From the NCBI GenBank assembly GCA_964016885.1, contig OZ024754.1:21452001-21516000 (forward strand): 64,000 bases of DNA, in the 5' to 3' direction. The DNA comes from Eledone cirrhosa (taxonomy: Eukaryota). Under the pieces are notes generated by a model. It was not told the origin of the DNA. It did no database searches and saw nothing but the letters and a program-made list of their open reading frames with translations. Below are positions 38,082 to 53,200 of this stretch, in pieces. The position numbers were made by a program, and so were the translations under genes. Every line of letters starts with the position of its first letter. Position 1 is the first letter of the stretch.

Positions 38082-41000
38082 CTATATTAACTAGTTTTAA
38101 TAAATTGTCTAGATGTTAAGTATATACTATATTAACTCCAGTTTTATAAGTATATACTATATTAACTACAGTTTTAATAAATTGTCTAGATGTTAAGTAT
38201 ATACTATATTAACTAGTTTTAATAAATTGTCTAGATGTTACGTATATACTATATTAACTACAGTTTTAATAAATTGTCTAGATGTTAAGTTTATACTATA
38301 TTAACTACAGTTTTAATAAATTGTCTAAATGTTAAGTATATACTATATTAACTACAGTTTTAATCAATTGTCTAGATGTTAAGTATATACTATATTAACT
38401 ACAGTTTTAATAAATTGTCTAGATGTTAAGTATATACTATATTAACTACAGTTTTATAAGTATAAACTATATTAACTACAGTTTTAATAAATTGTCTAGA
38501 TGTTAAGTATATACTATATTAACTACAATTTTAATAAATTGTCTAGATGTTAAGTTTATACTATATTAACTCCAGTTTTAATAAATTGTCTAGATGTTAA
38601 GTATATACTATATTAACTACAGTTTTAATAAATTGTCTAGATGTTAAGTATATACTATATTAACTACAGTTTTAATAAATTGTCTCGATGTTAAGTATAT
38701 ACTATATTAACTAGTTTTAATAAATTGTCTAGATGTTAAGTATATACTATAGTAACTACAGTTTTAATAAATTGTCTAGATGTTAAGTATATACTATATT
38801 AACTACAGTTTTAATAAATTGTCTAGATGTTAAGTATATACTATATTAACTAGTTTTAATAAATCGTCTAGATATTAAGTATATACTATATTAACTACAG
38901 TTTTAATCAATTGTCTAGATGTTAAGTATATACTATATTAACTACAGTTTTAATAAATTGTCTAGATGTTAAGTATATACTATATTAACTACAGTTTTAA
39001 TAAATTGTCTAGATGTTAAGTATATACTATATTAACTCCAGTTTTAATAAATTGTCTAGATGTTAAGTATATACTATATTAACTAGTTTTAATAAATTGT
39101 CTAGATGTTAAGTATATACTATATTAACTACAGTTTAAATAAATTGTCTAGATGTTAAGTATATACTATATTAACTACAGTTTTAATAAATTGTCTAGAT
39201 GTTAAGTATATACTATATTAACTACAGTTTTAATAAATTGTCTAGATGTTAAGTATATACTATATTAACTACAGTTTTAATAAATTGTTTAAATGTTAAG
39301 TATATACTATATTAACTACAGTTTAAATAAATTGTCTAGATGTTAAGTATATACTATATTAACTACAGTTTTAATAAATTGTCTAGATGTTAAGTATATA
39401 CTATATTAACTCCAGTTTTAATAAATTGTCTAGATGTTAAGTATATACTATATTAACTACAGTTTTAATAAATTGTCTAGATGTTAAGTATATACTATAT
39501 TAACTAGTTTTAATAAATTGTCTAGATGTTAAGTATATACTATATTAACTGCAGTTTTAATAAATTGTCTAGATGTTAAGTATATACTATATTAACTAGT
39601 TTTAATAAATCGTCTAGATATTAAGTATATACTATATTAACTACAGTTTTAATAAATTGTCTAGATGTTAAGTATATACTATATTAACTACAGTTTTAAT
39701 AAATTGTCTAGATGTTAAGTATATACTATATTAACTACAGTTTTAATAAATTATCTAGATGTTAAGTATATACTATATTAACTAGTTTTAATAAATTGTC
39801 TAGATGTTAAGTATATACTATATTAACTAGTTTTAATAAATTGTCTAGATATTAAGTATATACTATATTAACTACAGTTTTAATAAATTGTCTAGATGTT
39901 AAGTATATACTATATTAACTAGTTTTAATAAATTGTCTAGATGTTAAGTATATACTATATTAACTACGGTTTTAATAGATTGTCTAGATGTTAAATATAT
40001 ACTATATTAACTACAGTTTTAATAAATTGCCTAAATGTTAGGTATATACTATATTAACTACAGTTTAAATAAATTGTCTAGATGTTAAGTATATACTATA
40101 TTAACTACAGTTTTAATAAATTGTCTAGATGTTAAGTATATACTATATTAACTACAGTTTTAATAAATTGTCTAGATGTTAAGTATATACTATATTAACT
40201 ACAGTTTTAATAAATTGTCTAGATGTTCAGTATATACTATATTAACTACAGTTTTAATAAATTGTCTAGATGTTAAGTATATACTATATTAACTACAGTT
40301 TTAATAAATTGTCTAGATGTTAAGTATATACTATATTAACTAGTTTTAATAAATTGTCTAGATGTTAAGTATATAGTCTATTAACCACTGTTTTAATAAA
40401 TTGTCTAGATGTTAAGTATATACTATATTAACTAGTTTTAATAAATTGTCTAGATGTTAAGTATATACTATATTAACTAGTTTTAATAAATTGTCTAGAT
40501 GTTCAGTATATACTATATTAACTAGTTTTAATAAATTGTCTAGATGTTAAGTATATACTATATTAACTACAGTTTTAATAAATTGTCTAAATGTTAAGTA
40601 TATACTATATAAACTACAGTTTAAATAAATTGTCTAGATGTTAAATATATACTATATTAACTACAGTTTTAATAAATTGTCTAGATGTTAAGTATATACT
40701 CTATTAACCACAGTTTTAATAAATTGTCTAGATGTTATGTATATACTATATTAACTACAGTTTAAATAAATTGTCTAGATGTTAAGTATGTACTATATTA
40801 ACTACAGTTTTAATAAATTATCTAGATGTTAAGTATATACTATATTAACTACAGTTTTAATAAATTGTCTAGATGTTAAGTATATACTATATTAACTACA
40901 GTTTTAATAAATTGTCTAAATGTTAAGTATATACTATATTAACTACAGTTTAAATAAATTGTCTAGATGTTAAGTATATACTATATTAATTACAGTTTTA

Positions 41001-44000
41001 ATAAACTGTCTAGATGTTAAGTATATACTATATTAACTCCAGTTTTAATAAATTGTCTAGATGTTAAGTATATACTATATTAACTACAGTTTTAATAAAT
41101 TGTCTAGATGTTAAGTATATACTATATTAACTACAGTTTTAATAAATTGTCTAGATGTTAAGTATATACTATATTAACTAGTTTTAATAAATTGTTTAGA
41201 TTTTAAGTATATACTATATTAACTACAGTTTTAATAAATTGTCTAGATGTTAAGTATATACTATATTAACTAGTTTTAATGAATTGTCTAGATATTAAGT
41301 ATATACTATATTAACTACAGTTTTAATAAATTGTCTAGATGTTAAGTATATACTATATTAACTACAGTTTTAATAAATTGTCTAGATGTTAAGTATATAC
41401 TATATTAACTACAGTTTTAATAAATTGTCTAGATGTTAAGTATATACTATATTAACTAGTTTTAATAAATTGTCTAGATGTTAAGTATATACTATATTAA
41501 CTACAGTTTTAATAAATTGTTTAAATGTTAAGTATATACTATATTAACTACAGTTTAAATAAATTGTCTAGATGTTAAGTATATACTATATTAACTACAG
41601 TTTTAATAAATTGTCTAGATGTTAAGTATATACTATATTAACTCCAGTTTTAATAAATTGTCTAGATGTTAAGTATATACTATATTAACTACAGTTTTAA
41701 TAAATTGTCTAGATGTTAAGTATATACTATATTAACTAGTTTTAATAAATTGTCTAGATGTTAAGTATATACTATATTAACTGCAGTTTTAATAAATTGT
41801 CTAGATGTTAAGTATATACTATATTAACTAGTTTTAATAAATCGTCTAGATATTAAGTATATACTATATTAACTACAGTTTTAATAAATTGTCTAGATGT
41901 TAAGTATATACTATATTAACTACAGTTTTAATAAATTGTCTAGATGTTAAGTATATACTATATTAACTACAGTTTTAATAAATTATCTAGATGTTAAGTA
42001 TATACTATATTAACTAGTTTTAATAAATTGTCTAGATGTTAAGTATATACTATATTAACTAGTTTTAATAAATTGTCTAGATATTAAGTATATACTATAT
42101 TAACTACAGTTTTAATAAATTGTCTAGATGTTAAGTATATACTATATTAACTACAGTTTTAATAAATTGTCTAGATGTTAAGTATATACTATATTAACTA
42201 GTTTTAATAAATTGTCTAGATGTTAAGTATATACTATATTAACTACGGTTTTAATAGATTGTCTAGATGTTAAATATATACTATATTAACTACAGTTTTA
42301 ATAAATTGCCTAAATGTTAGGTATATACTATATTAACTACAGTTTAAATAAATTGTCTAGATGTTAAGTATATACTATATTAACTACAGTTTTAATAAAT
42401 TGTCTAGATGTTAAGTATATACTATATTAACTACAGTTTTAATAAATTGTCTAGATGTTAAGTATATACTATATTAACTACAGTTTTAATAAATTGTCTA
42501 GATGTTCAGTATATACTATATTAACTACAGTTTTAATAAATTGTCTAGATGTTAAGTATATACTATATTAACTACAGTTTTAATAAATTGTCTAGATGTT
42601 AAGTATATACTATATTAACTAGTTTTAATAAATTGTCTAGATGTTAAGTATATAGTCTATTAACCACTGTTTTAATAAATTGTCTAGATGTTAAGTATAT
42701 ACTATATTAACTAGTTTTAATAAATTGTCTAGATGTTCAGTATATACTATATTAACTAGTTTTAATAAATTGTCTAGATGTTAAGTATATACTATATTAA
42801 CTACAGTTTTAATAAATTGTCTAAATGTTAAGTATATACTATATAAACTACAGTTTAAATAAATTGTCTAGATGTTAAATATATACTATATTAACTACAG
42901 TTTTAATAAATTGTCTAGATGTTAAGTATATACTCTATTAACCACAGTTTTAATAAATTGTCTAGATGTTAAGTATATACTATATTAACTACAGTTTAAA
43001 TAAATTGTCTAGATGTTAAGTATGTACTATATTAACTACAGTTTTAATAAATTATCTAGATGTTAAGTATATACTATATTAACTACAGTTTTAATAAATT
43101 GTCTAGATGTTAAGTATATACTATATTAACTACAGTTTTAATAAATTGTCTAAATGTTAAGTATATACTATATTAACTACAGTTTAAATAAATTGTCTAG
43201 ATGTTAAGTATATACTATATTAATTACAGTTTTAATAAATTGTCTAGATGTTAAGTATATACTATATTAACTCCAGTTTTAATAAATTGTCTAGATGTTA
43301 AGTATATACTATATTAACTACAGTTTTAATAAATTGTCTAGATGTTAAGTATATACTATATTAACTACAGTTTTAATAAATTGTCTAGATGTTAAGTATA
43401 TACTATATTAACTAGTTTTAATAAATTGTTTAGATGTTAAGTATATACTATATTAACTACAGTTTTAATAAATTGTCTAGATGTTAAGTATATACTATAT
43501 TAACTAGTTTTAATGAATTGTCTAGATATTAAGTATATACTATATTAACTACAGTTTTAATAAATTGTCTAGATGTTAAGTATATACTATATTAACTCCA
43601 GTTTTATAAGTATATACTATATTAACTACAGTTTTAATAAATTGTCTAGATGTTAAGTATATACTATATTAACTAGTTTTAATAAATTGTCTAGATGTTA
43701 CGTATATACTATATTAACTACAGTTTTAATAAATTGTCTAGATGTTAAGTTTATACTATATTAACTACAGTTTTAATAAATTGTCTAAATGTTAAGTATA
43801 TACTATATTAACTACAGTTTTAATCAATTGTCTAGATGTTAAGTATATACTATATTAACTAGTTTTAATAAATTGTTTAGATGTTAAGTATATACTATAT
43901 TAACTACAGTTTTAATAAATTGTCTAGATGTTAAGTATATACTATATTAACTAGTTTTAATGAATTGTCTAGATATTAAGTATATACTATATTAACTACA

Positions 44001-46332
44001 GTTTTAATAAATTGTCTAGATGTTAAGTATATACTATATTAACTACAGTTTTAATAAATTGTCTAGATGTTAAGTATATACTATATTAACTACAGTTTTA
44101 ATAAATTGTCTAGATGTTAAGTATATACTATATTAACTAGTTTTAATAAATTGTCTAGATGTTAAGTATATACTATATTAACTTCAGTATATACTATATT
44201 ATATACTATACTATATTATATACTATACTATACTATATACTTAAGTATATACTATATTAACTAGTTTTAATAAATTGTCTAGATGTTAAGTATATACTAT
44301 ATTAACTCCAGTTTTATAAGTATATACTATATTAACTACAGTTTTAATAAATTGTCTAGATGTTAAGTATATACTATATTAACTAGTTTTAATAAATTGT
44401 CTAGATGTTACGTATATACTATATTAACTACAGTTTTAATCAATTGTCTAGATGTTAAGTATATACTATATTAACTACAGTTTTAATAAATTGTCTAGAT
44501 GTTAAGTATATACTATATTAACTACAGTTTTATAAGTATAAACTATATTAACTACAGTTTTAATAAATTGTCTAGATGTTAAGTATATACTATATTAACT
44601 ACAATTTTAATAAATTGTCTAGATGTTAAGTTTATACTATATTAACTCCAGTTTTAATAAATTGTCTAGATGTTAAGTATATACTATATTAACTACAGTT
44701 TTAATAAATTGTCTAGATGTTAAGTATATACTATATTAACTACAGTTTTAATAAATTGTCTCGATGTTAAGTATATACTATATTAACTAGTTTTAATAAA
44801 TTGTCTAGATGTTAAGTATATACTATAGTAACTACAGTTTTAATAAATTGTCTAGATGTTAAGTATATACTATATTAACTACAGTTTTAATAAATTGTCT
44901 AGATGTTAAGTATATACTATATTAACTAGTTTTAATAAATCGTCTAGATATTAAGTATATACTATATTAACTACAGTTTTAATCAATTGTCTAGATGTTA
45001 AGTATATACTATATTAACTACAGTTTTAATAAATTGTCTAGATGTTAAGTATATACTATATTAACTACAGTTTTAATAAATTGTCTAGATGTTAAGTATA
45101 TACTATATTAACTCCAGTTTTAATAAATTGTCTAGATGTTAAGTATATACTATATTAACTAGTTTTAATAAATTGTCTAGATGTTAAGTATATACTATAT
45201 TAACTAGTTTTAATAAATTGTCTAGATGTTAAGTATATACTATATTAACTACAGTTTTAATAAATTGTCTAGATGTTAAGTATATACTATATTAACTACA
45301 GTTTTAATAAATTGTCTAGATGTTAAGTATATACTATATTAACTACAGTTTTAATAAATTGTCTAGATGTTAAGAATATACTATATTAACTTCAGTATAT
45401 ACTATATTAACTAGTTTTAATAAATTGTCTAGATGTTAAGTATATACTATATTAACTACAGTTTTAATAAATTATCTAGATGTTAAGTATATACTATATT
45501 AACTAGTTTTAATAAATTGTCTAGATGTTAAGTATATACTATATTAACTAGTTTTAATAAATTGTCTAGATATTAAGTATATACTATATTAACTACAGTT
45601 TTAATAAATTGTCTAGATGTTAAGTATATACTATATTAACTACAGTTTTAATAAATTGTCTAGATGTTAAGTATATACTATATTAACTAGTTTTAATAAA
45701 TTGTCTAGATGTTAAGTATATACTATATTAACTACGGTTTTAATAGATTGTCTAGATGTTAAATATATACTATATTAACTACAGTTTTAATAAATTGCCT
45801 AAATGTTAGGTATATACTATATTAACTACAGTTTAAATAAATTGTCTAGATGTTAAGTATATACTATATTAACTACAGTTTTAATAAATTGTCTAGATGT
45901 TAAGTATATACTATATTAACTACAGTTTTAATAAATTGTCTAGATGTTAAGTATATACTATATTAACTACAGTTTTAATAAATTGTCTAGATGTTCAGTA
46001 TATACTATATTAACTACAGTTTTAATAAATTGTCTAGATGTTAAGTATATACTATATTAACTACAGTTTTAATAAATTGTCTAGATGTTAAGTATATACT
46101 ATATTAACTAGTTTTAATAAATTGTCTAGATGTTAAGTATATAGTCTATTAACCACTGTTTTAATAAATTGTCTAGATGTTAAGTATATACTATATTAAC
46201 TAGTTTTAATAAATTGTCTAGATGTTAAGTATATACTATATTAACTACAGTTTTAATATATTGTCTAGATGTTAAGTATATACTATATTAACTAGTTTTA
46301 ATAAATTGTCTAGATGTTAAGTATATACTATA

Positions 46333-47209
46333 CTAGCAGTAAAGCCCGGCGTTGCTCGGGGTCGCTCAGTAGCTGTGTTAAAGTTACAATGTTAAGTTTC
46401 TTTCTTGGCTTAAAAACTGTAGTGTCTACTGTGCAGACTTGCATGTGGTGTTTTTGATTAATATTCCCTCAACCAACAATATGCCTTATGAAGTTAAGAA
46501 AACATAACGATAACCCGAATGTTATAACAAAAGAGGATGCTGGGGATAGAAACTGCACTGGTTATTTATTAACAAAGATCGAAAATGTAAACACTGCAAC
46601 GCAGAGAAAAACATTAACGTAACCAAATTATCAGTTATGTCTGTCTGCACGCCTATATCACCTCTCTGCACGACTGTCTGTCTGCACGCCTATATCACCT
46701 CTCTGCACGACTGTCTGTCTGCACGCGTATATCACCTCTCTGCACGACTGTCTGTCTGCACGACTGTCTGTCTGCACGCCTAACGACGAAATATTTGCTT
46801 GTTTTACGTAGTCTTTAAATAGACTTGTTTTCAAGTAAAAATATTGTTTTAAGATGCTTTTAAATGGAAATGAAGCAAAACGGAAGCTTAGTGTTCGAAC
46901 TGATGAATTTTGGAGGTCAATATTTTGCTGGCTCGACAACTGTTAAAGCCAGCGTAATTTTTTACGTAAGACGCTCAATGTAAACAGAACAAAGGGAAAT
47001 AACTGATAACTTACGCTCAAAAATCGATACATTATATTCGATTTCGTCACATAGGGTGGGTCAATTTGAAATTTTTTTTTTCCGATTTCTTCGCTAGGGC
47101 TCAATGTACAAGTATAGCAATTTCGGTGCAATTCCGTGAGAGATTCTAAGAGGAGATGTGTGCCAAAAATCGATAGACAGACAGACAACCACAGTTTTAT
47201 ATATATAGA
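46333..47209 (-). mobile_element. Non-autonomous Helitron, copy 7 (877 bp)
   Basis: Identical by eye to copy 6, offset 15538 bp. Confidence 0.9.
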
Positions 47210-50200
47210 TTAACTAGTTTTAATAAATTGTCTAGATGTTAAGTATATACTATATTAACTACAGTTTTAATAAATTGTCTAGATGTTAAGTATATACTAT
47301 ATTAACTACAGTTTTAATAAATTATCTAGATGTTAAGTATATACTATATTAACTACAGTTTTAATAAATTGTCTAGATGTTAAGTATATCCTATATTAAC
47401 TAGTTTTAATAAATTGTCTAGATGTTAAGTATATACTCTATTAACCACAGTTTTAATAAATTGTCTAGATATTAAGTATATACTATATTAACTACAGTTT
47501 TAATAAATTGTCTAAATGTTAAGTATATACTATATTAACTACAGTTTTAATAAATTGTCTAGATGTTAAGTATATACTATATTAACTACAGTTTTAATAA
47601 ATTGTCTAGATGTTAAGTATATACTATATTAACTACAGTTTTAATAAATTGTCTAGATGTTAAGTATATACTATATTAACTACAGTTTTAATAAATTGTC
47701 TAGATGTTAAGTATATACTATATTAACTAGTTTTAATAAATTGTCTAGATGTTAAGTATATACTCTATTAACCACAGTTTTAATAAATTGTCTAGATGTT
47801 AAGTATATACTATATTAACTACAGTTTTAATAAATTGTCTAAATGTTAAGTATATACTATATTAACTACAGTTTAAATAAATTGTCTAGATGTTAAGTAT
47901 ATACTATATTAACTACAGTTTTAATAAATTGTCTAGATGTTAAGTATATACTATATTAACTACAGTTTTAATAAATTGTCTAGATGTTAAGTATATACTA
48001 TATTAACTACAGTTTTAATAAATTGTCTAAATGTTAAGTATATACTATATTAACTACAGTTTAAATAAATTGTCTAGATGTTAAGTATATACTATATTAA
48101 CTACAGTTTTAATAAATTGTCTAGATGTTAAGTATATACTATATTAACTCCAGTTTTAATAAATTGTCTAGATGTTAAGTATATACTATATTAACTTCAG
48201 TTTTAATAAATTGTCTAGATGTTAAGTATATACTATATTAACTAGTTTTAATAAATTGTCTAGATGTTAAGTATATACTATATTAACTACGGTTTTAATA
48301 GATTGTCTAGATGTTAAATATATACTATATTAACTACAGTTTTAATAAATTGCCTAAATGTTAGGTATATACTATATTAACTACAGTTTAAATAAATTGT
48401 CTAGATGTTAAGTATATACTATATTAACTACAGTTTTAATAAATTGTCTAGATGTTAAGTATATACTATATTAACTACAGTTTTAATAAATTGTCTAGAT
48501 GTTAAGTATATACTATATTAACTACAGTTTTAATAAATTGTCTAGATGTTCAGTATATACTATATTAACTACAGTTTTAATAAATTGTCTAGATGTTAAG
48601 TATATACTATATTAACTACAGTTTTAATAAATTGTCTAGATGTTAAGTATATACTATATTAACTACAGTTTTAATAAATTGTCTAGATGTTAAGTATATA
48701 CTATATTAACTACAGTTTTAATAAATTGTCTAGATGTTAAGTATATACTATATTAACTAGTTTTAATAAATTGTCTAGATGTTGAGTATATACTCTATTA
48801 ACCACAGTTTTAATAAATTGTCTAGATGTTAAGTATATACTATATTAACTAGTTTTAATAAATTGTCTAGATGTTAAGTATATACTATATTAACTAGTTT
48901 TAATAAATTGTCTAGATGTTAAGTATATACTATATTAACTAGTTTTAATAAATTGTCTAGATGTTAAGTAAATACTATATTAACTACAGTTTTAATAAAT
49001 TGTCTAAATGTTAAGTATATACTATATTAACTACAGTTTAAATAAATTGTCTAGATGTTAAGTATATACTATATTAACTACAGTTTTAATAAATTGTCTA
49101 GATGTTAAGTATATACTCTATTAACCACAGTTTTAATAAATTGTCTAGATGTTAAGTATATACTATATTAACTACAGTTTTAATAAATTGTCTAAATGTT
49201 AAGTATATACTATATTAACTACAGTTTAAATAAATTGTCTAGATGTTAAGTATATACTATATTAACTACAGTTTTAATAAATTGTCTAGATGTTAAGTAT
49301 ATACTATATTAACTACAGTTTTAATAAATTGTCTAGATGTTAAGTATATACTATATTAACTACAGTTTTAATAAATTGTTTAAATGTTAAGTATATACTA
49401 TATTAACTACAGTTTAAATAAATTGTCTAGATGTTAAGTATATACTATATTAACTACAGTTTTAATAAATTGTCTAGATGTTAAGTATATACTATATTAA
49501 CTCCAGTTTTAATAAATTGTCTAGATGTTAAGTATATACTATATTAACTACAGTTTTAATAAATTGTCTAGATGTTAAGTATATACTATATTAACTAGTT
49601 TTAATAAATTGTCTAGATGTTAAGTATATACTATATTAACTGCAGTTTTAATAAATTGTCTAGATGTTAAGTATATACTATATTAACTAGTTTTAATAAA
49701 TCGTCTAGATATTAAGTATATACTATATTAACTACAGTTTTAATAAATTGTCTAGATGTTAAGTATATACTATATTAACTACAGTTTTAATAAATTGTCT
49801 AGATGTTAAGTATATACTATATTAACTACAGTTTTAATAAATTATCTAGATGTTAAGTATATACTATATTAACTAGTTTTAATAAATTGTCTAGATGTTA
49901 AGTATATACTATATTAACTAGTTTTAATAAATTGTCTAGATATTAAGTATATACTATATTAACTACAGTTTTAATAAATTGTCTAGATGTTAAGTATATA
50001 CTATATTAACTACAGTTTTAATAAATTGTCTAGATGTTAAGTATATACTATATTAACTAGTTTTAATAAATTGTCTAGATGTTAAGTATATACTATATTA
50101 ACTACGGTTTTAATAGATTGTCTAGATGTTAAATATATACTATATTAACTACAGTTTTAATAAATTGCCTAAATGTTAGGTATATACTATATTAACTACA

Positions 50201-53200
50201 GTTTAAATAAATTGTCTAGATGTTAAGTATATACTATATTAACTACAGTTTTAATAAATTGTCTAGATGTTAAGTATATACTATATTAACTACAGTTTTA
50301 ATAAATTGTCTAGATGTTAAGTATATACTATATTAACTACAGTTTTAATAAATTGTCTAGATGTTCAGTATATACTATATTAACTACAGTTTTAATAAAT
50401 TGTCTAGATGTTAAGTATATACTATATTAACTACAGTTTTAATAAATTGTCTAGATGTTAAGTATATACTATATTAACTAGTTTTAATAAATTGTCTAGA
50501 TGTTAAGTATATAGTCTATTAACCACTGTTTTAATAAATTGTCTAGATGTTAAGTATATACTATATTAACTAGTTTTAATAAATTGTCTAGATGTTAAGT
50601 ATATACTATATTAACTAGTTTTAATAAATTGTCTAGATGTTCAGTATATACTATATTAACTAGTTTTAATAAATTGTCTAGATGTTAAGTATATACTATA
50701 TTAACTACAGTTTTAATAAATTGTCTAAATGTTAAGTATATACTATATAAACTACAGTTTAAATAAATTGTCTAGATGTTAAATATATACTATATTAACT
50801 ACAGTTTTAATAAATTGTCTAGATGTTAAGTATATACTCTATTAACCACAGTTTTAATAAATTGTCTAGATGTTATGTATATACTATATTAACTACAGTT
50901 TAAATAAATTGTCTAGATGTTAAGTATGTACTATATTAACTACAGTTTTAATAAATTATCTAGATGTTAAGTATATACTATATTAACTACAGTTTTAATA
51001 AATTGTCTAGATGTTAAGTATATACTATATTAACTACAGTTTTAATAAATTGTCTAAATGTTAAGTATATACTATATTAACTACAGTTTAAATAAATTGT
51101 CTAGATGTTAAGTATATACTATATTAATTACAGTTTTAATAAATTGTCTAGATGTTAAGTATATACTATATTAACTCCAGTTTTAATAAATTGTCTAGAT
51201 GTTAAGTATATACTATATTAACTACAGTTTTAATAAATGGTCTAGATGTTAAGTATATACTATATTAACTACAGTTTTAATAAATTGTCTAGATGTTAAG
51301 TATATACTATATTAACTAGTTTTAATAAATTGTTTAGATTTTAAGTATATACTATATTAACTACAGTTTTAATAAATTGTCTAGATGTTAAGTATATACT
51401 ATATTAACTAGTTTTAATGAATTGTCTAGATATTAAGTATATACTATATTAACTACAGTTTTAATAAATTGTCTAGATGTTAAGTATATACTATATTAAC
51501 TACAGTTTTAATAAATTGTCTAGATGTTAAGTATATACTATATTAACTACAGTTTTAATAAATTGTCTAGATGTTAAGTATATACTATATTAACTAGTTT
51601 TAATAAATTGTCTAGATGTTAAGTATATACTATATTAACTACAGTTTTAATAAATTGTTTAAATGTTAAGTATATACTATATTAACTACAGTTTAAATAA
51701 ATTGTCTAGATGTTAAGTATATACTATATTAACTACAGTTTTAATAAATTGTCTAGATGTTAAGTATATACTATATTAACTCCAGTTTTAATAAATTGTC
51801 TAGATGTTAAGTATATACTATATTAACTACAGTTTTAATAAATTGTCTAGATGTTAAGTATATACTATATTAACTAGTTTTAATAAATTGTCTAGATGTT
51901 AAGTATATACTATATTAACTGCAGTTTTAATAAATTGTCTAGATGTTAAGTATATACTATATTAACTAGTTTTAATAAATCGTCTAGATATTAAGTATAT
52001 ACTATATTAACTACAGTTTTAATAAATTGTCTAGATGTTAAGTATATACTATATTAACTACAGTTTTAATAAATTGTCTAGATGTTAAGTATATACTATA
52101 TTAACTACAGTTTTAATAAATTGCCTAAATGTTAGGTATATACTATATTAACTACAGTTTAAATAAATTGTCTAGATGTTAAGTATATACTATATTAACT
52201 ACAGTTTTAATAAATTGTCTAGATGTTAAGTATATACTATATTAACTACAGTTTTAATAAATTGTCTAGATGTTAAGTATATACTATATTAACTACAGTT
52301 TTAATAAATTGTCTATATGTTCAGTATATACTATATTAACTACAGTTTTAATAAATTGTCTAGATGTTAAGTATATACTATATTAACTACAGTTTTAATA
52401 AATTGTCTAGATGTTAAGTATATACTATATTAACTAGTTTTAATAAATTGTCTAGATGTTAAGTATATAGTCTATTAACCACTGTTTTAATAAATTGTCT
52501 AGATGTTAAGTATATACTATATTAACTAGTTTTAATAAATTGTCTAGATGTTCAGTATATACTATATTAACTAGTTTTAATAAATTGTCTAGATGTTAAG
52601 TATATACTATATTAACTACAGTTTTAATAAATTGTCTAAATGTTAAGTATATACTATATAAACTACAGTTTAAATAAATTGTCTAGATGTTAAATATATA
52701 CTATATTAACTACAGTTTTAATAAATTGTCTAGATGTTAAGTATATACTCTATTAACCACAGTTTTAATAAATTGTCTAGATGTTAAGTATATACTATAT
52801 TAACTACAGTTTAAATAAATTGTCTAGATGTTAAGTATGTACTATATTAACTACAGTTTTAATAAATTATCTAGATGTTAAGTATATACTATATTAACTA
52901 CAGTTTTAATAAATTGTCTAGATGTTAAGTATATACTATATTAACTACAGTTTTAATAAATTGTCTAAATGTTAAGTATATACTATATTAACTACAGTTT
53001 AAATAAATTGTCTAGATGTTAAGTATATACTATATTAATTACAGTTTTAATAAATTGTCTAGATGTTAAGTATATACTATATTAACTCCAGTTTTAATAA
53101 ATTGTCTAGATGTTAAGTATATACTATATTAACTACAGTTTTAATAAATTGTCTAGATGTTAAGTATATACTATATTAACTACAGTTTTAATAAATTGTC

